A DNA stretch of 63,735 nucleotides, the filler included, from Octopus bimaculoides (Eukaryota): the NCBI RefSeq assembly GCF_001194135.2. It is 6 parts of 5 records of this genome, joined end to end, with 100 filler letters (N's around TTAATTAATTAA, not from the genome) between each part and the next. Parts side by side here need not be neighbours in the genome. Positions count along the whole stretch, not along the records: positions 20,960 to 46,004 come from NC_069002.1; positions 46,105 to 62,600 come from NC_069006.1; 4 more parts are not named here. One strand, given 5' to 3'. The position numbers and the translations under genes were made by a program. Below are positions 37,644-51,206 of the stretch, one piece after another; within the stretch, counting starts at the first letter, position 1; each line of letters opens with the position of its first letter. The notes beneath the pieces are model-generated. The model was given only the letters and a program-made list of their open reading frames with translations. It had not been told where the DNA came from and made no database searches.

Positions 37644-37686
<43 letters not shown>

Positions 37687-37694
37687 CCCAGAGG

Positions 37695-37725
<31 letters not shown>

Positions 37726-37734
37726 CGTTGTGCT

Positions 37735-37880
37735 TCTTTCAGTTTTCGTCTAGCAAATCCACTGAAATGTCTTTGGTCGGACCTAGACTATAGCAGACGC
37801 CCTTGCCGAAGGTGTCACGTAATGAGACGCCACCCGAAACCATATGGCTGGGATGCAAACTTCTTACCGCAGAAACACAA
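37735..37880 (-). mobile_element. SINE family A, 5' part
   Basis: TTCTTTCAGTTTTCGTCTAGCAAATCCACT...CTTGCCGAAGGTG...CTTCTTACC (rc of the family A head/core). Confidence 0.75.
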
Positions 37881-37929
37881 GTTGTACTGTTTACCATGTC
37901 TGTCATTTTGTCAGTATTAGAACACATGG

Positions 37930-39620
37930 ACAGCTACTGTCTACTGCGATTTTCTGGACTTTCAAGCGAAGTTCAAAAAGAGATCTTTAATCCTAAAGCT
38001 AGTAAAATTGAAGGTGCAATTACGGCAATGAGTGAATAAAAATACCATTTGTTGCTGTTATGTTTGATGAGTCTACGTATCTTCGATTGAAATCTCAATC
38101 GGTACGCGTGTGTCTTGGTAAGTATTGACGAGATGGAAAAGCCTCGTGAAAGGTTTTGGGGATACGCCAATGTCAGTAGAGATAGAAAAACTGAATCGTT
38201 TAAACAAGATCGAACATTTAGTAATGAATTCAGCTGTGGCCAAACATTCATTGCACAAATTTATGATGGAGTGAGGGTGATGGCTGGGCATTTGAACGGG
38301 TGCAAGCAAGGATAAAGGAGATTTTGTTGCAGCCGTCATATCTTAACTTTGTTAAGCATTTTCACTTAATTTGGAAGTCTCTCAATTGACTTCAAGTACT
38401 CATGAATATCGAATTTTCTTTAAAATTCTAAAAGGAATTTCAGCTTTTTTCGTAACGTGTTTGACTTGAATGGCGCCACTGGATGAAATTGTCGGAAGGC
38501 GATTTCAAAAGTTAATTAAGACACGTTGGGATTATATATCTCGACAAATATCTGTTTTGTTCGATGAATTTACTGAGTTTTCTGGACCATTTTCAACGAT
38601 ATTAGAAAATCCAGATGATTGGTGCGCTTGAGAATTAGCTGAGGCAACGGATTCATTACAATCCTTCAGGTTTTTTTTCGTTTAAATTCCTTTGTGGTTT
38701 TCGAAACCATCCTGAGTAGCTCAGACATTCTATTTTCCAGTCATCAAAATCGTTCGCTTGATATTTCGAGTTTTATACATAAGGTTGAGAACTTCAAAAA
38801 CCAATCAGATTGAAATTATTGCAGTAGAAGCAATTGCTGTATTGAGAGACTAGAATGGCTGAGTATGTTACAAATCGAAAGAAAACTCGCGAGCATTTAA
38901 ACCAGATTTGTTTAACGGAAGGCCGAACACGAACTCTTTTATTCTTTTACTTGTTTCAGTTATTAGACTGCGACCATGCCGGTGCACCGCTTCGAAATTT
39001 TAGTCGAATGAATCGGCCCCAGTACTTATTTTTGAGTACATAAATTAATTATCAATTCCTCACCGGTATAGAGACTAGAATATAGGGAACCACTTAACTG
39101 TGATTGGGCAGCCATTTGTTATCTTCAAGATGCGAAACTACCGAATCTTGTTGAAAAGTTGTTCTTGATTTGTTTGGTGAGAGCCGAGCTGTGTTCTATT
39201 GAAATGACATTAAAGGCCTAGATGATTTAGTGCTAAACTGCATAACTGGAGAAGGGGGGGATCTCAAGGAAAAGTTCCTAACTGGTACTCTGATCTCCTG
39301 CAAACTAATTGATAGATAAATAGTGTTCACGCATGACCCGACCGTGGCTCACTCATGATAGTGAACTGGTAATTTAGTGAAAATATTCAAATCCTTGCGT
39401 TACAATATCAAGAATAACAACTTGAAGTTCTACTTGCGACCTCTGGATGGTTTCACTGAACTATCAGAGAAGCCTTGTCGACATCAAAATCTAGAAGCTG
39501 TTTTATGAACTTTGTTTAACAACAAGTTATTGTTCACTTTGAGCAAAGATTTGAAACACCGTTGTTTAAATTTATGAGTCTAGAGTTGTTGAACTGTTGA
39601 ATTGGAATCTCTTTCAGGCT
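37930..39620 (+). mobile_element. Decayed hAT transposase (ZMYM1/DUF4371-like), interrupted by a SINE at ~38935-39045
   Basis: VMFDEST, ERFWGYANVSRDR, AQIYDGVRVMAGHLNG (cf. AQxYDGAxxMxG) and KLIKTRWD motifs in hAT order; many stops. Confidence 0.75.
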
Positions 39621-39959
39621 TTGAAAAAAAATTCAATGGAAGCCTTTTCATTTTCTATGTCTATAAAAACCTATTGGATTTAGACGGATTATGCATCAAG
39701 AAGCTTGCTTTACAAAATCAAGGCCCCCAGATGCTGTAGCATGCAATTACAACTTCGCCAGTTGCATTAAACATTAAGATCACCAATGCCTTGTTGATTA
39801 ACTAGGTTGATGGTAATGTTGTTCCTTTGACGTCGTCATCCCTTACAAATAATATATTAATTTTCCATTAAGAGAAGATCATCTAAAAAAAAAAAGAGGT
39901 ACTCTACCCGATGAGAGATAAATATTGTATCATATACTTAGTGTTTAAATATGAGGTAT

Positions 39960-40410
39960 CAATAGTTTCATAAAAGGGAGATATGATCTAAGCAGGTTTA
40001 CCATGATCCCCTAGAGATTGCCCGCTTGACCAGGGTTGAATGATATAGTCCATCATATACGAGGCAGAAACTCTCACCAACCCTACATGATATCGTATAC
40101 AAAAAAAAGAAAAAAGAATTACATCAGATTATGCAAAAGCCACTTCAAAAGTCAATATGCTAACCACCTATCTCCTTTCCGTCACATGTATAAGAATACC
40201 AATTCCACGCCACTAAGAATCAATTGGAATATCGTAGAAAATCCATGCCATTTGTTATTGGATGAATAAAATGCAACTTATGCGTACCTGTAAGACCACA
40301 TATACTTTTTAAACCTATGAATCTCAATGAACTGCTGAATTCCATGTCAGACATGATCAGAAAATGCCACCAAATGGATGAATTTCTCTCACTTGGAGAT
40401 TTCATGTGTG
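39960..40410 (+). mobile_element. PLE GIY-YIG endonuclease remnant, Hydra-like
   Basis: DCPLD...SIIYEAE, NYIRLCKSHFKSQYANHLSPFRH...NSTPL.INWNIV parallel the intact domain at 62880-63452. Confidence 0.7.
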
Positions 40411-40571
40411 TTATTGATACAGGCCTAAATAATATTTTCAGTGTATGAAACTATTCGCAACTGTATACTGCGTATATTAATCAGTACACACAGCACGAGC
40501 GCGCACACACACAAACACAGACACAAACACAGACAAACACACAGACACACATAGACACACACACACACACA

Positions 40572-40616
<45 letters not shown>

Positions 40617-41844
40617 GTATGTATATATATATAAATAAATATATATATATATATATATANNNNNNNNNNNNNNNNNNNNNNNNNNNNNNNNNNNNNNNNN
40701 NNNNNNNNNNNNNNNNNNNNNNNNNNNNNNNNNNNNNNNNNNNNNNNNNNNNNNNNNNNNNNNNNNNNNNNNNNNNNNNNNNNNNNNNNNNNNNNNNNNN
40801 NNNNNNNNNNNNNNNNNNNNNNNNNNNNNNNNNNNNNNNNNNNNNNNNNNNNNNNNNNNNNNNNNNNNNNNNNNNNNNNNNNNNNNNNNNNNNNNNNNNN
40901 NNNNNNNNNNNNNNNNNNNNNNNNNNNNNNNNNNNNNNNNNNNNNNNNNNNNNNNNNNNNNNNNNNNNNNNNNNNNNNNNNNNNNNNNNNNNNNNNNNNN
41001 NNNNNNNNNNNNNNNNNNNNNNNNNNNNNNNNNNNNNNNNNNNNNNNNNNNNNNNNNNNNNNNNNNNNNNNNNNNNNNNNNNNNNNNNNNNNNNNNNNNN
41101 NNNNNNNNNNNNNNNNNNNNNNNNNNNNNNNNNNNNNNNNNNNNNNNNNNNNNNNNNNNNNNNNNNNNNNNNNNNNNNNNNNNNNNNNNNNNNNNNNNNN
41201 NNNNNNNNNNNNNNNNNNNNNNNNNNNNNNNNNNNNNNNNNNNNNNNNNNNNNNNNNNNNNNNNNNNNNNNNNNNNNNNNNNNNNNNNNNNNNNNNNNNN
41301 NNNNNNNNNNNNNNNNNNNNNNNNNNNNNNNNNNNNNNNNNNNNNNNNNNNNNNNNNNNNNNNNNNNNNNNNNNNNNNNNNNNNNNNNNNNNNNNNNNNN
41401 NNNNNNNNNNNNNNNNNNNNNNNNNNNNNNNNNNNNNNNNNNNNNNNNNNNNNNNNNNNNNNNNNNNNNNNNNNNNNNNNNNNNNNNNNNNNNNNATATA
41501 CATATATACATATATATATGTGTGTGTGTGTATTTGTGCCTAGCAACCGGTTTTGGTGTTATATATATATATATATATATATATAAAATCTCATATATGC
41601 ATATACATATTACATACTTACACAAACATATATCTTTATATTTACGTATGCTCATATCACCATGACTTTCAGTTTTTTATCAATTATATTTCTTTTTCTT
41701 CGTATTTCTTTCTCCATCGATTATTGCTGTTATTCCTCACCGATCAGTGACGATATCGCGTTTTATCTGCTGTCTGCATTCATTAAAAACTACAATTACT
41801 AAGCACTGTCTATTGATCAATATAACACCCAATTACAAGTTTCT

Positions 41845-42086
41845 TAATTATTTATTGCCCACAAGGGGCTAAACATAGAGGGGACAAACAAGGACAGACA
41901 AAGGGATTCAGTCGATTACATCGACTCCAGTGCGTAACTGGTACTTAATTTATCGACTCCGAAAGGATGAAAGGCAAAGTCGACCTCGGTGGAATTTGAA
42001 CTCAGAACGCAGTGGCAGACGAAATACCGCTCAGCATTTCGCCCGGCGTGATAACGTTTCTGCCATTTTTGCCAGCTCACCGACTT
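41845..42086 (-). mobile_element. SINE family B, complete tRNA-derived copy
   Basis: rc: GGTGAGCTGGCA...GAGTTCAAATTCC (B box), central GCCTTTCATCCTTTCGGAGTCGATAAATTAAGTACCAG, tail TTTGTCCCCTCTATGTTTAGCCCCTTGTGGGCAATAAA. Confidence 0.88.
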
Positions 42087-43056
42087 TAAAGTCATTGAAA
42101 GTTTCTATTAAGAGGATCCATTGCAAACACGCACACATACACACACATTTGTATGTATGTATGTATGTATGTATGTATGTATGTATGTATGTATGTATGT
42201 ATGTGTGTGTGTATATATATATCTATATATCTATCTCTCTCTCTCTCTCTCTCTCTATANNNNNNNNNNNNNNNNNNNNNNNNNNNNNNNNNNNNNNNNN
42301 NNNNNNNNNNNNNNNNNNNNNNNNNNNNNNNNNNNNNNNNNNNNNNNNNNNNNNNNNNNNNNNNNNNNNNNNNNNNNNNNNNNNNNNNNNNNNNNNNNNN
42401 NNNNNNNNNNNNNNNNNNNNNNNNNNNNNNNNNNNNNNNNNNNNNNNNNNNNNNNNNNNNNNNNNNNNNNNNNNNNNNNNNNNNNNNNNNNNNNNNNNNN
42501 NNNNNNNNNNNNNNNNNNNNNNNNNNNNNNNNNNNNNNNNNNNNNNNNNNNNNNNNNNNNNNNNNNNNNNNNNNNNNNNNNNNNNNNNNNNNNNNNNNNN
42601 NNNNNNNNNNNNNNNNNNNNNNNNNNNNNNNNNNNNNNNNNNNNNNNNNNNNNNNNNNNNNNNNNNNNNNNNNNNNNNNNNNNNNNNNNNNNNNNNNNNN
42701 NNNNNNNNNNNNNNNNNNNNNNNNNNNNNNNNNNNNNNNNNNNNNNNNNNNNNNNNNNNNNNNNNNNNNNNNNNNNNNNNNNNNNNNNNNNNNNNNNNNN
42801 NNNNNNNNNNNNNNNNNNNNNNNNNNNNNNNNNNNNNNNNNNNNNNNNNNNNNNNNNNNNNNNNNNNNNNNNNNNNNNNNNNNNNNNNNNNNNNNNNNNN
42901 NNNNNNNNNNNNNNNNNNNNNNNNNNNNNNNNNNNNNNNNNNNNNNNNNNNNNNNNNNNNNNNNNNNNNNNNNNNNNNNNNNNNNNNNNNNNNNNNNNNN
43001 NNNNNNNNNNNNNNNNNNNNNNNNNNNNNNNNNNNNNNNNNNNNNNNNNNNNNNNN

Positions 43057-43087
<31 letters not shown>

Positions 43088-43129
43088 TATATCTTTTTGT
43101 GTGTGGTGGTTGGGGAGTGTGCTAGAGTG

Positions 43130-43667
43130 TGTAGTGACGTCATTTTGGGGGTCGTCAGCACGCATGCGCAGGGTTGGAAGCTTCTGGATGGCCTGTCGGA
43201 AGTTCCCTCATGCGCATGCGCAGAAAACGAGCACCAGCAGTGTTCTCTTGTATCTCAGACTCGAGACGCAGCCCCTGAACTAGGCGGACGTGTTCTCAGC
43301 AGTTCTCTTTCGCCTCTGCTGCTGACCGTTATTTGGCCAGCTCGGTGTTTGACCAGCTAGGTATTTCACCAGCTCCGTTGTAGCCGGACTAGTGTGAAGA
43401 ATGCCTTCACAAAGTATGATTCACTCCGCCTCTGTTGCTTCCACACCAGACCTGGCTACTGATTGTCCCGAGGTGTACATTTTTGTACATACAGAATAAA
43501 AAGATTATTTTTATGTTCGAATGTTTTCTTGTTCTGCTAATTTCCTCTAACATTTATGTAAGGAATTGTGTGGCACTCTTCCAGTTCCAACCAATATTTA
43601 TCCTGTTACATGTGTGTGTGTCTCTATGCGCATGCGTTCATCTAAAATAAAGGTAAATTTCACGACA
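43130..43667 (+). mobile_element. Solo LTR, 538 bp
   Basis: Termini TGTAGTGA...TCACGACA (7/8 inverted, TG..CA); GC-richer than flanks; AATAAA near the 3' end; no clean TSD. Confidence 0.7.
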
Positions 43668-43896
43668 TATGTATCGACACACCATATATTCTTCAACATA
43701 TATTGAGCTGACTTGTGTTTTGGTCTACTAATTCAGTTGGAAGATTATCATCGTCATATATATATATATATATANNNNNNNNNNNNNNNNNNNNNNNNNN
43801 NNNNNNNNNNNNNNNNNNNNNNNNNNNNNNNNNNNNNNNNNNNNNNNNNNNNNNNNNNNNNNNNNNNNNNNNNNNNNNNNNNNNNNNNNNNNNNNN

Positions 43897-44830
43897 TTTC
43901 TCCCAACAAGTAAAATACATTCATAACACCGGACTTAAACAACTTATATCCCAAATCACATCCCAAAGACATACTAATCATCACAACCGCAACCAACCAC
44001 CCACACTCTCCAACAGACCCCACAAACACACCTATAACACTAAGTCTAAATCCAAGATAAATAAAGCAATTAGCAACACGAAAAATGTAGATAGCACTTC
44101 TCTACCAAAATACTTAGATTATAATTTACACAGAAACCCCATTCTCACTTAACACTAAGAACTTAGCTAAATCTTTCTTCAAAATACTTGACTCAAACTT
44201 CCCCCAACAACATAAATTCCATTCTATTTTTAACAGATCCACTTTGAAATTGTCTTATTCAACCACTCCTAGCTTCGAATCTATTATAACAACTTCTAAT
44301 AAACATAAACTCTCACTTTATTATCAAAACTCACACAACTATAACTATGGTAATACTAGCACTCAGCGCATGCATACACCCAACATAGACATTCACACAT
44401 GTGCATCTAGCACGGATACTCGTACACTTGAACACGACCATAATATATCCCAGCCCACTAGTATACCCCGAAATATTACTACTATATCTTCTAATAATAA
44501 CAATAGAAGTAATAATAACTATAACAATAACGATTGCATTGATCTAGATTCCTCTGCATCCTCATATAACCTATCCTCCGACGATATCACCTCATCCACC
44601 ACACAATCCCCAAGCTTCATCTACTTGTAACTGTCGCTCTGGGATAATCTGTCCGCTGCAAACACATTGCGTAAGATACAACGTAATATACAAACGCACT
44701 GTCGCCAATCTGCTACATAACTCCACAGCTACATACATAGGTTCAACTAAATGTTTCAAGCAACGTTATGCAGCTCACCTTCACTCTTTTAGATACAACA
44801 AGCACAGCAAATCTACAACAGTAGCCATAT
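43897..44830 (+). mobile_element. PLE remnant: RT thumb end, Asn/Ser/Thr-rich linker, CxCx5Cx5C motif and GIY-YIG start, Hydra-like
   Basis: LAKSFFKILDSNFPQQHKFHSIFNRSTLKLSYSTTPSFESIITTSNK, low-complexity insert, then from 44626 in a shifted frame CNCRSGIICPLQTHCVRYNVIYK...TYIGSTKCFKQRYAAHLHSF. Confidence 0.88.
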
Positions 44831-45055
44831 GTTTTGCTATGCTGGCAGTGCCTGATGATTGTGCTTGGACTCCAGATGTGTTAACAAATACTGTCGGACA
44901 AGTTCTCAGCACATACAACTAATAATAGGACATAGAAACACATATTGTTTATCAAATAATATTTATCTCTCACCATATGCAGTACATTTTCGTTGATGTA
45001 GCAACAGCCGAACAGTACATACATATCCAGTAAATATATGTGTGTGTGTGTGTGT

Positions 45056-45129
<74 letters not shown>

Positions 45130-45544
45130 TTATTCTCTATTACACATGTTTCATTTGCCACTAGGAATCACTAAAGTTTATGAAGGTCGTCGGTGGATAA
45201 TTAATGACAATTTGCTGATAGTATTGGTCTATTATGTGGATCCGTGCAGGCAGTCCTGACGTCTGAATTGACTATGCAGCGTATCTCTCCTCCAAGTGTG
45301 TCCCCAGCATAAAAGACACATCAACACCAAGGAGTACACCTAAACCAGTTGCAGAGTATCCCATCCACGAGGATCGATGCTAAATGTGTCGAAACAATTC
45401 TAATGTTTAATGAAGATGCACGTGTCGTCCATCTTCCCTCTCCCATTAATCACACACACACACACACACATACACACCCTCCCCACACACATACACACAA
45501 AGTTACATACATACACATATATATATATACACGCACATACACAC

Positions 45545-45589
<45 letters not shown>

Positions 45590-46104
45590 CAATACATCCG
45601 GGTGTCATTGTTTCTGTTATATGAGCAGCATAGGCACCACTGATATATAATGAACTAAATTACTGGCGTAATAGAAATTATTTTGTTTAAAAGTGAAGGT
45701 GGCAGGAAAGTAGAATTTGCATGGCATTGCATGAAAGCACTTTCTCTCCTTAAGAAGGATAACAAACTATGTCTTGTTTCATCGTTTCAGATGGAGTTAA
45801 TAACTTTGCCCAGAATTCATGTTCCAAAAATGTCATTACTCTTCGTCCCCACCGCGATTTCTTAACTTGTAACTCTCTTTCGAATCTTTTTTTTTTATAT
45901 CCGCGTAGAAAAATACAGAGGTTACAAATCAGGGGAATATATTTTGTAAAGTATAGTTTTTCTAAAAGATAACACTCAATGCCCCTTCCCCACCTCACCT
46001 GTCCNNNNNNNNNNNNNNNNNNNNNNNNNNNNNNNNNNNNNNNNNNNNTTAATTAATTAANNNNNNNNNNNNNNNNNNNNNNNNNNNNNNNNNNNNNNNN
46101 NNNN

Positions 46105-46372
46105 AATCCATTCACAAGGCTTCAGTCAATTGGAGGCTATAGTAGAAGACACTTGCCCAAGTTGCCACTGAGTGGGACTGAACCCAGAACCATGTGGTTG
46201 GGAAGCAAGCTTCTTGATGGATTTGTTTCAGTTTTTGTCAACCAAATCCACTAACAAGGCTTTGGTCAGCCCGAGGTCATGGTAGAAGACACTTGTCCAA
46301 AGTAGCACTGAGTGGGACTGAACCCCCCGCAATCATGTGGTTCGGAAGCGAGCTTCTTACCACACAGCCACG
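46105..46372 (-). mobile_element. Two adjacent SINE family A heads
   Basis: AGAAGACACTTGCCCAA...GAGTGGGACTGAACCC...GCTTCTT occurs twice. Confidence 0.8.
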
Positions 46373-46910
46373 TGTGTTCATTGCAAAAAAAAAAAAAAAA
46401 AAAAAAAAAGTGGAATGCCTTCAGTCATAAGTCTCCTCATTCAAAGCTCACCTGGGACTAAACAACAACAAAAGCAACATCCAATATGTTTTATCATGGT
46501 TGACCTGGTACGACAGAACAACCACCACCGCCACCACCAGTTTCTCACTCTCACACCGTCCAGTGCACAAGAAGTCATAAAATGATTAGAAATAAAAAAA
46601 ATAAAAATAAAAAAAAAACAAAAGAAAGAAGGAAGGAAGGAAAGAAGGAAAAAAAAAACAAAGGCTTGCTGGTACCAACTGATACACAAGTGAACGAATA
46701 AATTGTAATAATACTGCTTTTCCTGACATGATGCCAACATCATGGCATGTAAATCAATACTGAAAGTGTAACGTAAAACAACACAGAAGTGCAGGTCTTC
46801 GTTCATACACGTGCACACTTGTACACAAACATACACATGCCCTCGCTAAATCTCCATCGTTTTCTGTCTTCTAAATAAAGGCGAAACAGAAATACATAAA
46901 GCCACATATA

Positions 46911-46944
<34 letters not shown>

Positions 46945-47434
46945 NNNNNNNNNNNNNNNNNNNNNNNNNNNNNNNNNNNNNNNNNNNNNNNNNNNNNNNN
47001 NNNNNNNNNNNNNNNNNNNNNNNNNNNNNNNNNNNNNNNNNNNNNNNNNNNNNNNNNNNNNNNNNNNNNNNNNNNNNNNNNNNNNNNNNNNNNNNNNNNN
47101 NNNNNNNNNNNNNNNNNNNNNNNNNNNNNNNNNNNNNNNNNNNNNNNNNNNNNNNNNNNNNNNNNNNNNNNNNNNNNNNNNNNNNNNNNNNNNNNNNNNN
47201 NNNNNNNNNNNNNNNNNNNNNNNNNNNNNNNNNNNNNNNNNNNNNNNNNNNNNNNNNNNNNNNNNNNNNNNNNNNNNNNNNNNNNNNNNNNNNNNNNNNN
47301 NNNNNNNNNNNNNNNNNNNNNNNNNNNNNNNNNNNNNNNNNNNNNNNNNNNNNGTATGTGTGCGTGCGTGTGTATGTGTGTGTTGCGTTTGACCCTCTGG
47401 CTGATAACTAATGTGGATTTGGTGACCTTCTCTG

Positions 47435-47488
<54 letters not shown>

Positions 47489-47796
47489 ACACATACAAAT
47501 CCATGCACACAAACAGACGTTCACCATAATTCTGAAGAGAATAAGCAATGCATATGTTGTTCCCACTCTCGCCTCCTCACCCTCCTCCTCCTTCTAGTGC
47601 TACTTGTATTTGCCATGGCTGTTGCTGTATGTTATATGAATACTAAAATAATAGATGCTAATTGTATAACAGGCAACAAATTGAAACAAAGTCCACTGGT
47701 TATTTATAGCGATAAAATAAAAGCATCACAACTACTACCAACATAGATCAGTTTTTAGAACAATATGTATGCAAAAATATACATATCATCTATCTA

Positions 47797-47836
<40 letters not shown>

Positions 47837-47846
47837 NNNNNNNNNN

Positions 47847-47879
<33 letters not shown>

Positions 47880-47884
<5 letters not shown>

Positions 47885-48020
47885 AATTCCACCGAGGTTG
47901 ACTTTGTCTTCCATCCTTTCGGGGGTCGATAAATTAGGTACCAGTTGAGTGGTGGGGTCAATCTAATCGAGTGCCCCCCCTCCCCCGAAATTTTGGGCCT
48001 TGTGCCTAGAGTAGAAAAGA
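47880..48020 (+). mobile_element. SINE family B, 5'-truncated
   Basis: CAAATTCCACCGAGGTTGACTTTGTCTTCCATCCTTTCGGGGGTCGATAAATTAGGTACCAG. Confidence 0.85.
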
Positions 48021-48092
48021 TTACATATACGTGTATGTATATATGTGTGTGTGTGTGTGTGTTTATTACACATATATACATAAACACATAAA

Positions 48093-48143
<51 letters not shown>

Positions 48144-48299
48144 CCTGGGTGGGTGGCTTCTCCTACAGCCCCAGACGGGGAGTAGCTGTGTGGTAAGAAG
48201 CTTGCTTCCCAACCACACGGTTCCAGGTTCTGTATAATTCTTGACTTCCAGTGCAACATTAGTAAGCAAGGCTCAATCCAAAACATTGATGGTTCAAAT

Positions 48300-48720
48300 T
48301 CATATGACCCTCATCTTCCTGACACCCCCATTAGCATGTTCGCTGTAAGCCTGTCCCCATAGATCGACCTGAGATGGAACCACTTGTATATTGATTTGAT
48401 AAGTCCAACATCTTGATCGCAGCATTGGGTTGACTCTAATTGGTGTAGAGGAAGTCGTGACACCAGTGGTCAGCATTTTCAAGTAAAAGGTGTCCACCAG
48501 AACACTAAGGTCTAATGAGCGTTCTTCAGTGACTGGCGTGGGACATTGCGCTGGGCATAGTTGATTAACATGTCGTTTCCACTTCAGTGAACTCGCAGGG
48601 ACATTGTAGATGGCTTGTTTGATTCTTTGGCAGACAATTCCAACAATCCAATTTTGGTGACCAAGTCGGTAATCTCTGACAAATATCGCAAAACAGTTCT
48701 GTCCAACGCCCATCTAATTT
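48300..48720 (-). mobile_element. Gypsy integrase C-terminus, PPT and start of 3' LTR
   Basis: VRDYRLGHQNWIVGIV...IYNV...WKRHVNQL; rc AATGGGGG|TGTCAGG near 48325-48335. Confidence 0.75.
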
Positions 48721-48749
48721 CACCAATCCAGGAATATATAATTATTAAA

Positions 48750-49197
48750 AACAAAAACAAAGGAGAAAAAAAAAAAACCTTAACCTATTAACAGGAAAAT
48801 ACCAAACTAATTAATTAGTACAATGAGGAAGATTTCACTTCATGCTTCTAATGTCATTATAGAATGGTAAGCAAAAACATAAAAGACACCAAAAACAAAC
48901 CTACTATCAAATACATAAAATCACAAAACACAAGTAAACTAATTATATTAGTCTGACTAACATCTGTGAATTTGTAGATCACGCTAGGCTGTAGACTATA
49001 CAACACTACACCATACTGTGCCACGAAAGGAACATTTTAGTATCTGTTCCATTTTCCTCTCCCTCTTAAAGTGACCTTTCGTGAAATAGCAATGCCTCGT
49101 ATATGGCTCAGAATGTAAAACCAAACTATGTAGAGCCAAGGAAGAGATATATTAAGAATTTACAGAGCTGACCAAAAGATGTACAGATAGACAAATG

Positions 49198-49270
<73 letters not shown>

Positions 49271-51206
49271 ATAGATAAATAGATAGATAGATAGATAAAT
49301 GGATGGATGGATAGATAGATAAATAGATAGATAGATAGATACACACACACAAACACACATATATAGACAGTTAGATAGACAGATAAGTGGACACATATAT
49401 GTAGACAGACAGACAGACAGACATAAGCATATACACATTCTTTTTGTTTGTTTTTTGAAGAAAAACTAATATTATAATTGAAGTCAGTCTGCTTGACTAA
49501 AAGCAGATACTTGCAAAATTAACAAAACATAAGTATATAAACAAACACTATAAAATAATATAAGATAGAAAAACAAATTTTTTTACAAGAAAAAAATTTT
49601 TTAATTTTAACAATTGAATCTAAGGGTGGAGAAGGAAAACGGGTGGGAGGGGGCGAATGTTTGCTTGCTTTTTTTTTTTTTTTTTCATTCAGTTCAATCA
49701 AATTACAAATTTACAAACTGCTGGCAAACAATAATGCACACAAAAAAAAACAAAAATTAATGAATAAATTAAAAGATTACAGAAAAGATTAATGTAATAT
49801 AAAGATCTTTACAATAGATAAGATAATAAAGGGCAAATATTATGAATATTATGATGAACTCTCTCCCCCCCCCCTTCACCATCCAGACATCTTGCAGTTA
49901 ATTTCTGTTTTGCTTTTATTGTTTCTTTGTTGTTTTGTAATATAGAAAGTGAGTGAAAGAAAGCAGCAAGCTGTCTTCCAAACAATTAGCTTAATATATC
50001 AGCGAGTACATATTTATATTGTGTGAATAATAGTCACAAAAAACTAAAAGAATGTTAAATGGTGATGATGATTACTACAAACAGAAGGGCCACAGTATAT
50101 TTTAAAGCAAACTTCTTTCACCAACATGTTGAATGCAGTTTTACTGAAGGGCCTTGAGAATGTCATAGAAAGTCAAGCACTAGAATCTTTATCATTTAAA
50201 TCCACCTTTGCTATCATAACCAAGGCATTGGTTAATGGGAGGTTTTTTTATTTGGGTTTTTTTGTGTGTCATCAATCATTCTTTGGATGACTAGAAGGTT
50301 TATTGAGCCAAAGAGGGAGGATCAACAGGACATATGTGTCTGCTGTGGCTTTAAAGACACTTGAAAAAAGAAAACCATTAGAAGAAACATAGTACATCCT
50401 GACACCAAGTCACCTTTGTGCGTGACAAATAGAATAAATACTGGGGTTAATTCGTTTATAATTTGTTTACTTAGATCTTTCAGAGCGGTGCCCCAGCACG
50501 ACCGCAGTCCAATGATTAAAAAAAGTAAAAGGTGGAAGATATATAGACATATAGATATATTGATAGATAGATATATCTATATCAAAACAAAAACTAGCTT
50601 TATTCCTGAGAAAGAAATCAATATTTGTAGAAATACAAACGTATTTGGAATTTACTTCTCCATCTAAAAAAAATAAAACGAAACAAAACAAAATATGGTT
50701 GTAGCACTAAAGCAAGCATTCTACTTTAAAATACTAACACTTTGTAGTACAATAATAATAGCATTCAGTCTTTTATAGGAGGATGTGTTCAATGAGTCTG
50801 CATGCTATAATGGTGAAAATACCAAACAAATATAATGCGATGTGAAATCAATAATAGCTTTGGAAAATTTTCACTTGCTTTGAAGAAAATCAGAAAGACA
50901 AGAGATGGATATATGTTATACTGGAGTCAAAAGTACAATTTGTTGCACTTCATGTTTGTCAGTCAGAATGACGAGGTCTGTCTTGTCATCCTTTAAGGAT
51001 GACCGATGAGTGGTGCGATGAGTTTGTTTAAAATGACGAAGATTCGCACACCATCAACCTCACTCTGGAACGCATGACCATTTTCAATCCAGTAGCAAGA
51101 CCTGGTCAAGATAACTGGGGACTGAGACAGATGCAGTTGATGATCAAGGTGCTTTATTTGCTTCGTCTTGTGCTCTGCACTCCAATGTGTACTGTTTGTG
51201 TACTGG
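48750..51206 (-). other. Possible terminal exon / long 3' UTR of a minus-strand host gene
   Basis: Strong acceptor CTTTCCTTTTTTCCCCTCCCCCAG| at ~51206, short open frames ending in stops, then long U-rich unique sequence. A second strong acceptor TTTTCTTTTTTCAAG lies near 50365. Confidence 0.25.
49195..49340. repeat. (GATA)n microsatellite
   Basis: Directly visible. Confidence 0.95.
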
